Source: Candidatus Aceula lacicola
GTDB taxonomy: Bacteria > Omnitrophota > Gorgyraeia > Zapsychrales > Aceulaceae
Assembly: GCA_030765785.1 (NCBI GenBank)
Contig: JAVCCC010000044.1
Location: 1,417 to 65,416, forward strand
Length of the DNA: 64,000 bases
Direction: 5' to 3'
Shown here: one piece after another, positions 10,349 to 19,748 of the stretch
How the letters are laid out: every line of letters begins with the position of its first letter
Numbering within the stretch: position 1 is the stretch's first letter
Translations under genes and position numbers: made by a program
The notes under the pieces: model-generated
Database searches by the model: none
What the model was told of the DNA's origin: nothing
The model's input: only the letters and a program-made list of their open reading frames with translations

Positions 10349-11059
10349 TTAATACCCTACAAAATTTTCTGCCTTTATCTTCTTTTCATCGCACCCAATT
10401 TCTAAACAAATATTTTTCATAACAACAACCATCTTCGGCGGTCCAAAAATGAAAATCAGCCGCTCTTTACAGTCAGATAGATGTTCTAAAATAAAATTCT
10501 TATCAATCAATCCTTTAAAGAATTTCTTATCTTTTGGCTCACCTTCGGCAACCGTCCAAACAATTTGAAAATTATGATGCTGATTGTTCCAATCTTCAAG
10601 CTCTTTTTTAAAAGCAATATCCTCTTCCTTCATGTTCGAATAAAGAAGCCTCATATCAGAAGAAATATTATTCTCTAAAACATGTTCAATAATAGATATT
10701 GCAGGCGTAATCCCAATTCCTCCGACGATAAAAGAAACCTTTTCATGCAAAGAATCAAACGTACAGGTTCCCATCGGTCCGTTCATTAAAACTTCATCAT
10801 CTTTTTTTAACGACCAAAGCCTTTGAGAAAAATTACTTTCTGAACGTCTTTTGGTCACTTCGATATATTCTTTCTCCGGCGCACACGAAAAGGATAAATA
10901 TTTATTCAAATCTTTATTATCTTTGTTCAGCTCATCAAAAAATACTTTTAAAAACTGACCTGGAGCAAATTCGACCTTATTCTCTGGTGAAAACCGAAAA
11001 CTTTCAATCGCCTCAGCTCTCTTAATCCGCTCTATAAATTTTACCCTAAATTCTCTCAT
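10349..11059 (-). CDS. Ferredoxin-NADP-reductase-like FAD/NAD(P)H oxidoreductase
   Basis: FAPGQF, GPMG, GGIGITP, FGPPKMV, ENFVGY. Start moved to ATG 11059, an ATGA overlap with the upstream stop. Confidence 0.85.
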   Translation of the reverse strand: MREFRVKFIERIKRAEAIESFRFSPENKVEFAPGQFLKVFFDELNKDNKDLNKYLSFSCAPEKEYIEVTKRRSESNFSQRLWSLKKDDEVLMNGPMGTCTFDSLHEKVSFIVGGIGITPAISIIEHVLENNISSDMRLLYSNMKEEDIAFKKELEDWNNQHHNFQIVWTVAEGEPKDKKFFKGLIDKNFILEHLSDCKERLIFIFGPPKMVVVMKNICLEIGCDEKKIKAENFVGY

Positions 11060-11475
11060 TTTTTCTTCTTTCCATTCAAGCATCCAGCGCAGGTTCCATA
11101 AAAATATCCTTGAAAATCATCAATAATATGCCCATCCACCGTATTTGTTCTAAGGGCACTGCAAACCGGCATGTGAACATCAAAAATTTTATTGCAAATT
11201 CGACATGAAAAATGATGATGCGGTTCTTTTTTCATCTCATAAAAAGATTTGTTAAAATCAATCTTTATTTCCCGAAGCAATCCCTTAGCGCAAAAATTCT
11301 CTAAAATTGAATAAACAGTCCCTAAAGAAATAGCTGGCACCTTTTTTTGTGCTGCCCGATAAACTTCATCAGCACTCAAATGCCCTCTCGCTTTATTGAA
11401 AGCAAGATACACCGATAAACGCTGTGGTGTCACTTTAATTTTGAGTTCTCTTAAGATTTCGCTTGTTTGCTGCAT
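11056..11475 (-). CDS. Fur-family regulator, probably PerR-like
   Basis: TPQR, HLSADEVY, ISLGTVY, HHHFSCRIC, CAGC; embedded in an oxidative-stress operon. Confidence 0.85.
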   Translation of the reverse strand: MQQTSEILRELKIKVTPQRLSVYLAFNKARGHLSADEVYRAAQKKVPAISLGTVYSILENFCAKGLLREIKIDFNKSFYEMKKEPHHHFSCRICNKIFDVHMPVCSALRTNTVDGHIIDDFQGYFYGTCAGCLNGKKKK

Positions 11476-11948
11476 GATTTTATTTTTGTCTTTCGCGTCG
11501 GTGGCGATAAATCGATAATATTATCAATTTTAACTTCGATGAGATATTTTGGATCTATCGGGAGGTGTGCCTCAAAATGCTTTTTTGATTTTGCTCCAAT
11601 GCTTACGCTTCTTTGTACTCGCTTTGTAATTCTTTGAACAACACGAGCTTCCCATTGATCAAGAATTTCTTTTTTTATTTCACTCTTTGGAATAATTTTC
11701 GCTTTTCCTTGAAGGACGTACCCTTTAAAAGCATGCTCATCTAACGCTGTAACACTGATCGTTGGATTCTTTTTTAAATTACAAAATGTGCGATACAAAT
11801 AAAGATCTGTTAAAAAAAGCTTGTCCTTTTTTCCAACGCCCACAAGACCCTTGACCGAGCAATGAATCGCGCCTTTTTCATTCAACGTTGAAACAATAAC
11901 GGCATGGCTTTTTTCAAAAAACTGAACAATCTCTTTTGGTAATTTCAT
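11451..11948 (-). CDS. Pyridoxamine 5'-phosphate oxidase-like (split-barrel) protein
   Basis: IVSTLNEKGAIHCSVKG...RTFCNLKKNPTISV...KGYVLQGKA pattern. Confidence 0.75.
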   Translation of the reverse strand: MKLPKEIVQFFEKSHAVIVSTLNEKGAIHCSVKGLVGVGKKDKLFLTDLYLYRTFCNLKKNPTISVTALDEHAFKGYVLQGKAKIIPKSEIKKEILDQWEARVVQRITKRVQRSVSIGAKSKKHFEAHLPIDPKYLIEVKIDNIIDLSPPTRKTKIKSCSKQAKS

Positions 11949-11950
11949 TC

Positions 11951-13126
11951 TTAACCTATCTTCTCTTTTATCTTATCGACAACACTTTTTAAATTTTCCA
12001 ATTCGCTGTCATCAGGAACAAACTGACTATAGCGCCCTTCACCCATCAACTCAAAACCAGCATCAGCAATCGATTGCTCAAACTCTTTAAATCCTATTTT
12101 GGACCAACCATAAGAACCAAATGTAGTGGCATAATGATTTCTTGTTTTCAAACCTTTTAAGTACATTAAAAGCGCTGCCATTGTTGGAAGCATGCGATTA
12201 TTTAAAATTGGCGTTCCAAAAAGCACAAACTTTGAAGTCAAAATGTCTGTCACAATATTAGAAATATGCACCTCTTGAAGCCCAACCATTTTAACTGGCA
12301 AACCTTGAGCATCAATCAAATGTTTAAACTTTGTGGCCATTTGACGCGTTGAATTCCACATCGTATCATAAGCAATCAAACATTTATTTTCTGATTCATA
12401 ATTAGCCCATTTATGATACAAAGATAAAATTTCTAATAAATCTTCTTTTGTTCGCCATATAAGTCCGTGTGACGGACAAATCATCTCAATAGCGAGCTTT
12501 GAGGCTGCTTCTAAAGCCTTTAAAACCTGATTGCCATATGGCATGACAATATTGGCATAATATTTAGCTGCATCCTCAAAAACAATGTCAGAGCCAACCT
12601 CATCGGCATAGCGTTCATCGCTTGCCCGATGTTGGCCAAAAGCATCATTCGAAAAAAGAATCTTATCGTGCGCAGAATATGTGACCATAGAATCTGGCCA
12701 ATGAACCATTGGCGTTAAAAGAAAGCTTAATGTTCTCTTTCCTATGTTAAGCTCATCGCCTGTGTTGACAATCTTAAACTTCCAATCTTTTTTGAAATGT
12801 CTTTTAAGCTCTTGGGCCCCCTTAGGCGAACAAACAACTTCAGCATTCGGGCAATATTTTAATATTGCATCAATCGATCCAGAATGATCCATCTCTGTAT
12901 GATTGGATATAATATATTTTATTTTCGCAGGATCAATGACTTCTTTAATACGATCAATCATTTCTTCAGCGCCATAATGCTTAACTGTATCGATTAATAC
13001 TGGAGCTTCATCCAAAATAAGATACGCATTATACGTTGAACCTACCGGCGTTTCATATCCATGAAAATTCCTAAGATCCCAATCAATATAACCTGTCCAA
13101 TGGATATCTTTAACAATTTGATGCAT
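11951..13126 (-). CDS. fprA: Flavodiiron protein (A-type flavoprotein, O2/NO reductase)
   Basis: GSTYNAYLI, SNHTEMDHSG, HWPDSM, SNDAFGQH, CPSHG and a C-terminal flavodoxin domain (FGSYGWS). Confidence 0.95.
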   Translation of the reverse strand: MHQIVKDIHWTGYIDWDLRNFHGYETPVGSTYNAYLILDEAPVLIDTVKHYGAEEMIDRIKEVIDPAKIKYIISNHTEMDHSGSIDAILKYCPNAEVVCSPKGAQELKRHFKKDWKFKIVNTGDELNIGKRTLSFLLTPMVHWPDSMVTYSAHDKILFSNDAFGQHRASDERYADEVGSDIVFEDAAKYYANIVMPYGNQVLKALEAASKLAIEMICPSHGLIWRTKEDLLEILSLYHKWANYESENKCLIAYDTMWNSTRQMATKFKHLIDAQGLPVKMVGLQEVHISNIVTDILTSKFVLFGTPILNNRMLPTMAALLMYLKGLKTRNHYATTFGSYGWSKIGFKEFEQSIADAGFELMGEGRYSQFVPDDSELENLKSVVDKIKEKIG

Positions 13127-13143
13127 GTTCTCTCCTAATATTT

Positions 13144-13308
13144 TTATTCTTCTACAACTTCAAAATCTTCTTTTGATACGCCACATTCTGGGCAAACCCA
13201 TGTATCTGGAATCTCTTCAAAAGATGTTCCTACTGCGACACCGTTATCTGGATCTCCGACAGCTGGATCATAGACGTAACCGCAAACTGTACATTTATAT
13301 TTCTTCAT
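13144..13308 (-). CDS. Rubredoxin (54 aa)
   Basis: [15 protein letters not shown]...WVCPECG. ATG 13308 with SD AAGGAGG. Confidence 0.96.
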   Translation of the reverse strand: MKKYKCTVCGYVYDPAVGDPDNGVAVGTSFEEIPDTWVCPECGVSKEDFEVVEE

Positions 13309-13319
13309 AATAACCTCCT

Positions 13320-13430
13320 TTAAATGAGCACCTGACTTATGCAGCCTCTTGTCTTTAAAGGCAAACATCAAGTCAGCCTGTACGAATTAATCCAGTGAGC
13401 TGCGCGTCCTAGCGCAACGAATCTGGAATT
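13320..13430 (-). repeat. Structured leader element, copy 2 (upstream of rubredoxin)
   Basis: Sense strand: TCCAGA-TTC-GTTGCGC...GCGCAGC-TC-ACTGGA, then TTAATTCGTAC-[stem]-GTGCTCATTTAA-AGGAGG. Confidence 0.75.
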
Positions 13431-13491
13431 CCTTATCTAAAACTTTAAACATATTACCACAAAGAACTTTCCAAAACATACTTTTTATATC

Positions 13492-13530
13492 TAGGAATGA
13501 TTATTATATAGAAACTATTCCTGTTGTCAA
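13492..13530 (-). promoter_or_regulatory. Sigma70 promoter of the rubredoxin-fprA operon with an overlapping Fur/PerR-like box
   Basis: TTGACA (13530-13525), 16 bp, TATAAT (13508-13503), overlapped by AGGAATGATTATTA and an inverted half-site ...ATTCCT. The box assignment is inference. Confidence 0.6.
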
Positions 13531-13550
13531 GAAGAAAATAATAGATGCAA

Positions 13551-13636
13551 TTGCCCGGATTGCCCGGCCGGGCAACTCTTACCTTCTCCGTCGATCCAAA
13601 CAAAGTTGCCCAAATTGCCCACTGGGCAACTTTTTT
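13551..13636. repeat. Two related TTGCCC/GGGCAA palindromic units; the second may be a terminator
   Basis: TTGCCCGGATTGCCCGGCCGGGCAAC (13551-13576) and AAAGTTGCCCAAATTGCCCACTGGGCAACTTTTTT (13602-13636). Confidence 0.65.
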
Positions 13637-13658
13637 AGATTAAAATTTTTCTTTTAGT

Positions 13659-16600
13659 TTAATGTGCGTAACTTAATTGGAGGTTTTGGTCATCTTCTTC
13701 GACTGCGCCAAGAAACGCAGGAAGATTAACAACCGGTGTGACGTTGATAATAACAGGATAAAGTCCGTTAATCTGAATATTTCTAAAATTAGCATTATTT
13801 AAATTAAATTCAAAACCATCTCCTTTAGATTGAATATCCATATCCATTGTATCAGCTCCGAGATCGATACCCCCAAGTTCTTCTTTCGAATCTTCAAACG
13901 AAATCTCAAGCTGCTTTTCCATCTGACCCTCAACCTCATCTAAGATATCATCAGCCTTTTCACTCGATAAATATAACCACCGATAAACTTGGTTCTCACC
14001 CTCACCGTCTTTTTCTACCGGCGGCAAACGCTCTTCTTCAATAGGAATTGTTTCAAACCCTTGACCCCCTAATGCATCTTCGGCCGCCTGATCTCCAGCT
14101 TCAGCAAAAAATATTGGCTTTTCACTAGAATCTTGTTTTGCCACTTCAATAAGCCGAGCAAGAAGCAAATTTGAAAAACCTTTCTTTTTGTGAAATTCCG
14201 CAACTTCGATAGCATCAAGATGATAAACAAGCTCCATTGTTGTAGCATCTTTCTTAAAAGAAATTTTTCCGTCAGAAGTTACCGGACTTTTAATCTTCCG
14301 GAAAGTTTGCATTGCAACGATTTCTCCATCCTTACCTTCTAACCGAACAACTACCATTCTATAATCATTTAAATTGTCAACAGGTTTATCCCAATAAAAA
14401 TCCTCAACTTGATCAACATTTTTGTCCGCCTCTTTTTTACCTTCTGCTTCACGTTTTCTCGTAGCCACCCACTCGTCCCTAGCTTTCTTTCTTTTTTCAA
14501 GTGCCTGCTCTCTTTCTTCATCATTAGAATTCTCATCAAGATATCCAACTTCTTGAACATAAACCTTTTGCCCTCGAAATTCCATAAAACCATCGATTAT
14601 GAGAGCAGAAGAAATTATGCCACCTTTTGACGCTAAAGCCTCATCAAGCTTTAATTTAATTTCACCGCGCTCTTTGCCGCTCACAACTCTAAAATCGCTC
14701 GGATCTAAAAGCTGCATTTGCTCCATTTTCGTATCATAAATATAAGGCGTCCCATTATAACGAAAATGAATCAAATTTACTCCTTTATTGATAATAACAA
14801 CCTTTTTTTCCTCATTAGGTTTGCCAGTAAAAACAAGACCATCATCTGCAACAATTTTGCTTAAATTAACTCTAGAAGCAATTTCTCTAACCGTAGTTAT
14901 TTTCGAACTCCACTGTTTAAGAAATCTTTTTTGATTTTCAAAGTTAACCGTCATCGTCCGTTGATTAGGCTTTAGTCCCAAAACTTCTTGCGCATAAAAA
15001 ATAGCTTTGGCATAGTTAGCTTCTTCTTCCGATTTTGGTTCTAATATAATAGAAAATTCCTGACCATCAAAAACTTTATCAAAATGCTCTAAAAACAAAG
15101 CAAAAGCCATTTTCCAAGAATGACTTTGTTGTTGACTTAAATCAACAAAAAAATCCTGAATATGAACGACGTTCACTTTCTCACCCTTAGTTTGATCATC
15201 TATTAAATAGGAAACAGCTCCGGCATCATCCGCAAAGGCGACGTCAACTTCATAATGAACAGCAAATAAAACATCTCCATTCTCTGAGTATTCACCAAAA
15301 GGATTACGCACCACAAAAAGATATTCATTCTCAGCGAGAATTCTTGGCCAGGTAGTCTCAAATTTCTCTTCAAAAGTAAGTTTATTGAAAATAGAGGATA
15401 AAATCTCTCGGACCTCTTTTCGGTTCGCTCTTGAATCTAACACCATACCTTCACGTTGTTCGCCTAAATCATCGACAAAAAATACATTAAAAAGTTTTTG
15501 ATTAGAGATATCATGATAAGATTTACGCCCTTTGATAATCAGATTAGCTACAAGAAGCAAGATATCCGTAGACAATTTTTCATCACCATTTTCTTCAATT
15601 TCTCCTGCAAGAAGATTCAAGAATGCAAACATAGAACCAATTGGGTTCCTAAGATCATGGATTATATCTTTTCGCATTAACTTTGATATGTTTAAATCAG
15701 AAACAAATCCAAGATCAGAAATAAAAAGCCCCATATCTGAAATTGTTGCCATAAGATCAACTAGCCTATCCTTTGAAAATTCTTCTTTTACAACTTTAGC
15801 TATTTCAAGAATTAACTTATCTCTTTCTACAATAAGATTCGGACTTGATTCTAATTTAATCTGCTCTTGAATCTTTGCGAAATCTCTTAAATCTTTTAAG
15901 AATAAATTAAACCCAGTTCTTCTTTTTTGTGTATCAGAAAAAAAACTCTTTATAATCAAATACCCCATCATAGCTCCAAACTTGTTAAATTCTCCTTTCT
16001 GAAACACATATTCATCACCAGATCCATTCTCCTCAATATCTTTTCCTGAATTAAGTTCAATATTTAATTTCAAATTTTCAGTATAAAAAAGAACATATTC
16101 TCTAAACAATTTTTCAAAAAGCGAACAATTATTTTTATTTAAAAAAACGGTGCTTTGAATCTCAAGAGATGGTCCAAAAGCCTTGAGAGTCTTCATAGCA
16201 TAAGTATTGCCTTTCCCATCGTTATTATTTATCACACCAATTCCGGAGATACTAGGCAAGAAATCCTGATGAACTAACCCTTGATCGGCAGAAAAATGGT
16301 GAGGAATATAAACTTTATCTAACAAAACTTGATTAGTGTCAATAATCTGGTCTTCTGTTATTGCTTTACCCCCTTTTTCTGGATTATAAAGGTCTCGCAT
16401 AGCTGACAATTTAGAATCTATCTGAAATCCTATAAAAATTTTCTCTCCCGTCCTCTTATCAAAAACAAATTGAAGCTGATATCCAATAATATCTCCAGAA
16501 ACTCCTCCAAAATACTGACTTGCTACATCCATATGATTGATAATATTTCCATTTTGATCTCGGCTAAAAAATACTGTCTCACCTGTTTCTCTATTAACAA

Positions 16601-19355
16601 GCGCCTTGACGCCTAGAATTCTATGATAACGAGGGTTAAAATCTATGCCTTCAATACTAAATATGCGAGCTCGCAAAACAGGATTAAGCCCCGCAAGCGG
16701 TATAACAGAATACATCTCATCAAGGATTTTACCTGTTAAAATAGGAGAAACGCCATCAATAACATCAACTTCTAAATCTCCAGAAACATCTCTTATTTTT
16801 ATTTCTTGCTCTTGTTTCTTTTTAACTCGAACTAATATCGCTATTGCAGACTCTTGACCCTCTGCGACAATCTCATGTTCTAAGAGATTAAGATCCATTC
16901 CTAATCGAATCATCTCGCCGAATAAACCTTTAATAATCTGAATTTTTTCTTGCGCAGCTTCATCTTTCAGAAAACTAAAAACAGCAAAAAGGTTGCCTCC
17001 CGCGTTCACATTGCTATATGCTGAAATAAATTGATTCAAATAAGAGGCCACTTCTTCTTCAGGGTTTATACAATTAATTACGGAAATAACCTTATCGGCG
17101 CCAATCGGATTATTTTCTTCATCTAAAAATCTTCCAGCAAATCTCGTACGATTAAAAACAACATCTGCTCCTGCAAGAGGATCGTCCACAAAAATCTCAA
17201 TATTCTTTTTTTCGGAATCCACAAAAAATTCTTTCAAAAATATACTCGTCATTGGACCAATGCCAAAAATTTTCATTTTTTGGTCTTTTCCTAAAAAAAC
17301 TGTCGACCAAATAGCACTTTGAATCGTTTGAAGATACTTGTTAATACCTTGATAAAAATTATTAAAAAATGTCTTATCAATACTACTAAGAGGAGAAGCC
17401 GTTTGTTTTTTTGTTAACTCATAAACCGTTTTTCCTATTTTTCCCCATTCGAAATGAGTACCGTGTAAATTAGTTCCTAAAAAATCATAGCTGTCTTCAT
17501 CGGATAAAATAGTCTTTTTAATATCAAACTCTTCCATCAAAGCTGGAATATATTTACCCTCTCTTGAGCTAGTCTTAATAATAATCTTAGCTCCTTTTTT
17601 AAACTTTTTCATAACATCAAAATTCTTAATTACGGCAACGAGAGATTCCACTGCTATAGAATTAGGATTTACCAAAAGAATATAGTCTAAAGAATTATCG
17701 GGCAAATAGAGAAGAATATCTGCTTCAGCACGAGCAACAACTAAATTCTCTAAACCTTGCGTTTGCGCAGGAAGTCGTCTTTTTTCAAACTCTTCAGCAT
17801 TGTCTAAATAAAGTCTTGGAGCTCTTTCTTTGTCAATAGCGTATTGATCTGTTGTAATGGACACAATATCTTTCTTTTGATTCAATTCCGCAATCGCCCT
17901 AACAGCTTCAGCATCTCCTCCTCCAAACTCTAACAAAAGCTTTTTACCATTTTTCTTGCTTTCATTAACTAAATTATAAACTTTCCCAATTTCTTCCTTT
18001 GTATTATCAAAAGATAATAAGACATACTCAAGCTTGTCTCGAGAAAAAATCCATCCTTTATCTCTTGCCGCCTCAATTTCACTCCTTGTATTTTCATAAA
18101 TCTTTAAAACATCTCGAACGTACAATGCCATTTTTTCATTCAATTCTTCAGAAATCTTGTTAGCTCTTCCAATAAGCAAGGAAGAATTCTTTAGCGTGCT
18201 TGAAACATGTCGAAGCTTAACAGGAGATGCAGATCCGGTCGCTTGCCTGATATCATTAGTTGGAACAATGGCTTTCTGTGTATTGCCAAGAAAACTCATC
18301 CCTCCTGAAAAATATTTGCGGGGAACATTGCGTTTTTCATACTGATCATATTCAACTTTAACAAAATCACATACACCTTTTTTAAATGCATCAAGATATT
18401 GATTATAAATCTTTTCTCGGATTTCCTTATCCTCAACATCCACACCAGAAATCTTTGCTTGGTTGCTATATTTTTGATTTAAAATCGAACTTTTAAGAGT
18501 ATTCTTAAACCAAGTTGCCAAAATCAAAGAATTATAAATTTGACGAAGGCTTGCAAAATTTTTGCCGCTGTTCACTTCTTTTTCAATTTGAGGCAATACA
18601 ATCTCACGGACAATCTGAGAAGATATATTATTAACTTCTTTTGTTTCCTGAGCGCTATTTATTTTTGTTCCTATTTTTTGATTATCCAAATTATTTTCAA
18701 GGGACAAATAATCTTCTTCAAGCATAACTTTTAAATGACTTTTAACAACAAATGCACGAGGTCCATTTTCATAAACAACCGCTTTTTCTGGAACAATCCA
18801 TACCTTGTTAAAAGTATTAACAGGAATTTGCGTAGTCCCATATTTCTCAAAGGCTTGCTTGTAAATTCGATCCCAAAATCGCTTTCCAAGCTCATCTTCC
18901 GGATAAATAAGCGAAGCTGTAATTTGCTTTAGAATATAATCTTGCGCTAAAAGATCACGCCCCATTTCTGTCTGGCTAAATGCATCTGGAATGATTCGAT
19001 CTTCTTCATACGGAGAAAGATTCACCCAAAGATCATTTTCTGGAATAGTCAGTGATGCCAAGAAATATTTAATAAGTTTTTCGCTTTCCTTCTCAAAGTC
19101 TGCATCACTTAAAGATGTGTCCCCCACATCAACAATAAAATCAAGCTCAAAAGGATTCTCAGGATTAACCCGAACACCTCGAAGCAAAACAGGCGCAAAG
19201 CTCGGAGTAAGCGTAACCATTTCTCCAGGTACAGGCAAAAAACTTAAACTCTGCGCAAAAGCAGCTGAAGGCATAATCATATTGACCAAGAATGCAAAAA
19301 TTACAAACCAGCTTAAGAGATTACAATAAGGTTTTTGTATAAACTTTCTACTCAT
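13659..19355 (-). CDS. 1,898-aa secreted modular protein (Omnitrophota-type large protein) with methyltransferase-, HisKA- and GNAT-like cargo
   Basis: Signal peptide ending AFA-Q; N-terminal module LPVPGEMVTL...NPFELDFIVD...LWVNLSPYE...PRKYFSGG; LLEFGGGDAE; IIHDLRNPIG; HLDAIEVAEFHKKKGFSNLLL; C-terminal GGIDL...NGLYPVIINVTP. Confidence 0.85.
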   Translation of the reverse strand: MSRKFIQKPYCNLLSWFVIFAFLVNMIMPSAAFAQSLSFLPVPGEMVTLTPSFAPVLLRGVRVNPENPFELDFIVDVGDTSLSDADFEKESEKLIKYFLASLTIPENDLWVNLSPYEEDRIIPDAFSQTEMGRDLLAQDYILKQITASLIYPEDELGKRFWDRIYKQAFEKYGTTQIPVNTFNKVWIVPEKAVVYENGPRAFVVKSHLKVMLEEDYLSLENNLDNQKIGTKINSAQETKEVNNISSQIVREIVLPQIEKEVNSGKNFASLRQIYNSLILATWFKNTLKSSILNQKYSNQAKISGVDVEDKEIREKIYNQYLDAFKKGVCDFVKVEYDQYEKRNVPRKYFSGGMSFLGNTQKAIVPTNDIRQATGSASPVKLRHVSSTLKNSSLLIGRANKISEELNEKMALYVRDVLKIYENTRSEIEAARDKGWIFSRDKLEYVLLSFDNTKEEIGKVYNLVNESKKNGKKLLLEFGGGDAEAVRAIAELNQKKDIVSITTDQYAIDKERAPRLYLDNAEEFEKRRLPAQTQGLENLVVARAEADILLYLPDNSLDYILLVNPNSIAVESLVAVIKNFDVMKKFKKGAKIIIKTSSREGKYIPALMEEFDIKKTILSDEDSYDFLGTNLHGTHFEWGKIGKTVYELTKKQTASPLSSIDKTFFNNFYQGINKYLQTIQSAIWSTVFLGKDQKMKIFGIGPMTSIFLKEFFVDSEKKNIEIFVDDPLAGADVVFNRTRFAGRFLDEENNPIGADKVISVINCINPEEEVASYLNQFISAYSNVNAGGNLFAVFSFLKDEAAQEKIQIIKGLFGEMIRLGMDLNLLEHEIVAEGQESAIAILVRVKKKQEQEIKIRDVSGDLEVDVIDGVSPILTGKILDEMYSVIPLAGLNPVLRARIFSIEGIDFNPRYHRILGVKALVNRETGETVFFSRDQNGNIINHMDVASQYFGGVSGDIIGYQLQFVFDKRTGEKIFIGFQIDSKLSAMRDLYNPEKGGKAITEDQIIDTNQVLLDKVYIPHHFSADQGLVHQDFLPSISGIGVINNNDGKGNTYAMKTLKAFGPSLEIQSTVFLNKNNCSLFEKLFREYVLFYTENLKLNIELNSGKDIEENGSGDEYVFQKGEFNKFGAMMGYLIIKSFFSDTQKRRTGFNLFLKDLRDFAKIQEQIKLESSPNLIVERDKLILEIAKVVKEEFSKDRLVDLMATISDMGLFISDLGFVSDLNISKLMRKDIIHDLRNPIGSMFAFLNLLAGEIEENGDEKLSTDILLLVANLIIKGRKSYHDISNQKLFNVFFVDDLGEQREGMVLDSRANRKEVREILSSIFNKLTFEEKFETTWPRILAENEYLFVVRNPFGEYSENGDVLFAVHYEVDVAFADDAGAVSYLIDDQTKGEKVNVVHIQDFFVDLSQQQSHSWKMAFALFLEHFDKVFDGQEFSIILEPKSEEEANYAKAIFYAQEVLGLKPNQRTMTVNFENQKRFLKQWSSKITTVREIASRVNLSKIVADDGLVFTGKPNEEKKVVIINKGVNLIHFRYNGTPYIYDTKMEQMQLLDPSDFRVVSGKERGEIKLKLDEALASKGGIISSALIIDGFMEFRGQKVYVQEVGYLDENSNDEEREQALEKRKKARDEWVATRKREAEGKKEADKNVDQVEDFYWDKPVDNLNDYRMVVVRLEGKDGEIVAMQTFRKIKSPVTSDGKISFKKDATTMELVYHLDAIEVAEFHKKKGFSNLLLARLIEVAKQDSSEKPIFFAEAGDQAAEDALGGQGFETIPIEEERLPPVEKDGEGENQVYRWLYLSSEKADDILDEVEGQMEKQLEISFEDSKEELGGIDLGADTMDMDIQSKGDGFEFNLNNANFRNIQINGLYPVIINVTPVVNLPAFLGAVEEDDQNLQLSYAH

Positions 19356-19496
19356 AAGTAATATTCCTTAAAATATAAATATAAAAATAATCTACCCTAA
19401 CACACCAAGTATATACAATAATATGAAGAAAAAAAGGTCATTTTGACCCTTTCAGGAAAACGTTTTCTTTATTATCCATATTAAGATTAACATTAA

Positions 19497-19524
19497 GGGG
19501 CGACTTGATTTCTCAAGTCGCCCC
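19497..19524 (-). terminator. Terminator-like hairpin closing the MMPL operon
   Basis: GGGGCGACTTGA-tttc-TCAAGTCGCCCC, a perfect 12-bp stem with only a weak U tail. Confidence 0.75.
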
Positions 19525-19551
19525 AAATATAGCACATCTTATTACCTTTTG

Positions 19552-19731
19552 CTATTTAATCCCTATTTTTTTTAAAATCATCATCATCAGGCACCAATTG
19601 GTAAAAGCAGACTGAAGCAAATTAGCTCCAATAAACGCCGTAAACCAAAGCCAGCGTATATCAACCCAAACAGCTAGCGCAAGGCTAAGCAAAATCATAA
19701 AACCTGCAATCCCTCTTAGAATTCTTTCCAT
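19552..19731 (-). CDS. YgaP/DUF2892-like small membrane protein
   Basis: ERILRGIAG...FIGANLLQSAFTNWCLM. ATG 19731 with SD GGAGG. Confidence 0.85.
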   Translation of the reverse strand: MERILRGIAGFMILLSLALAVWVDIRWLWFTAFIGANLLQSAFTNWCLMMMILKKIGIK

Positions 19732-19748
19732 TAAAACCTCCAATCCTT

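Noticed and set aside
13309-13371. N-terminal extension of rubredoxin in the ORF track
   Set aside because: A strong SD precedes ATG 13308, and the extension runs through the non-coding leader.
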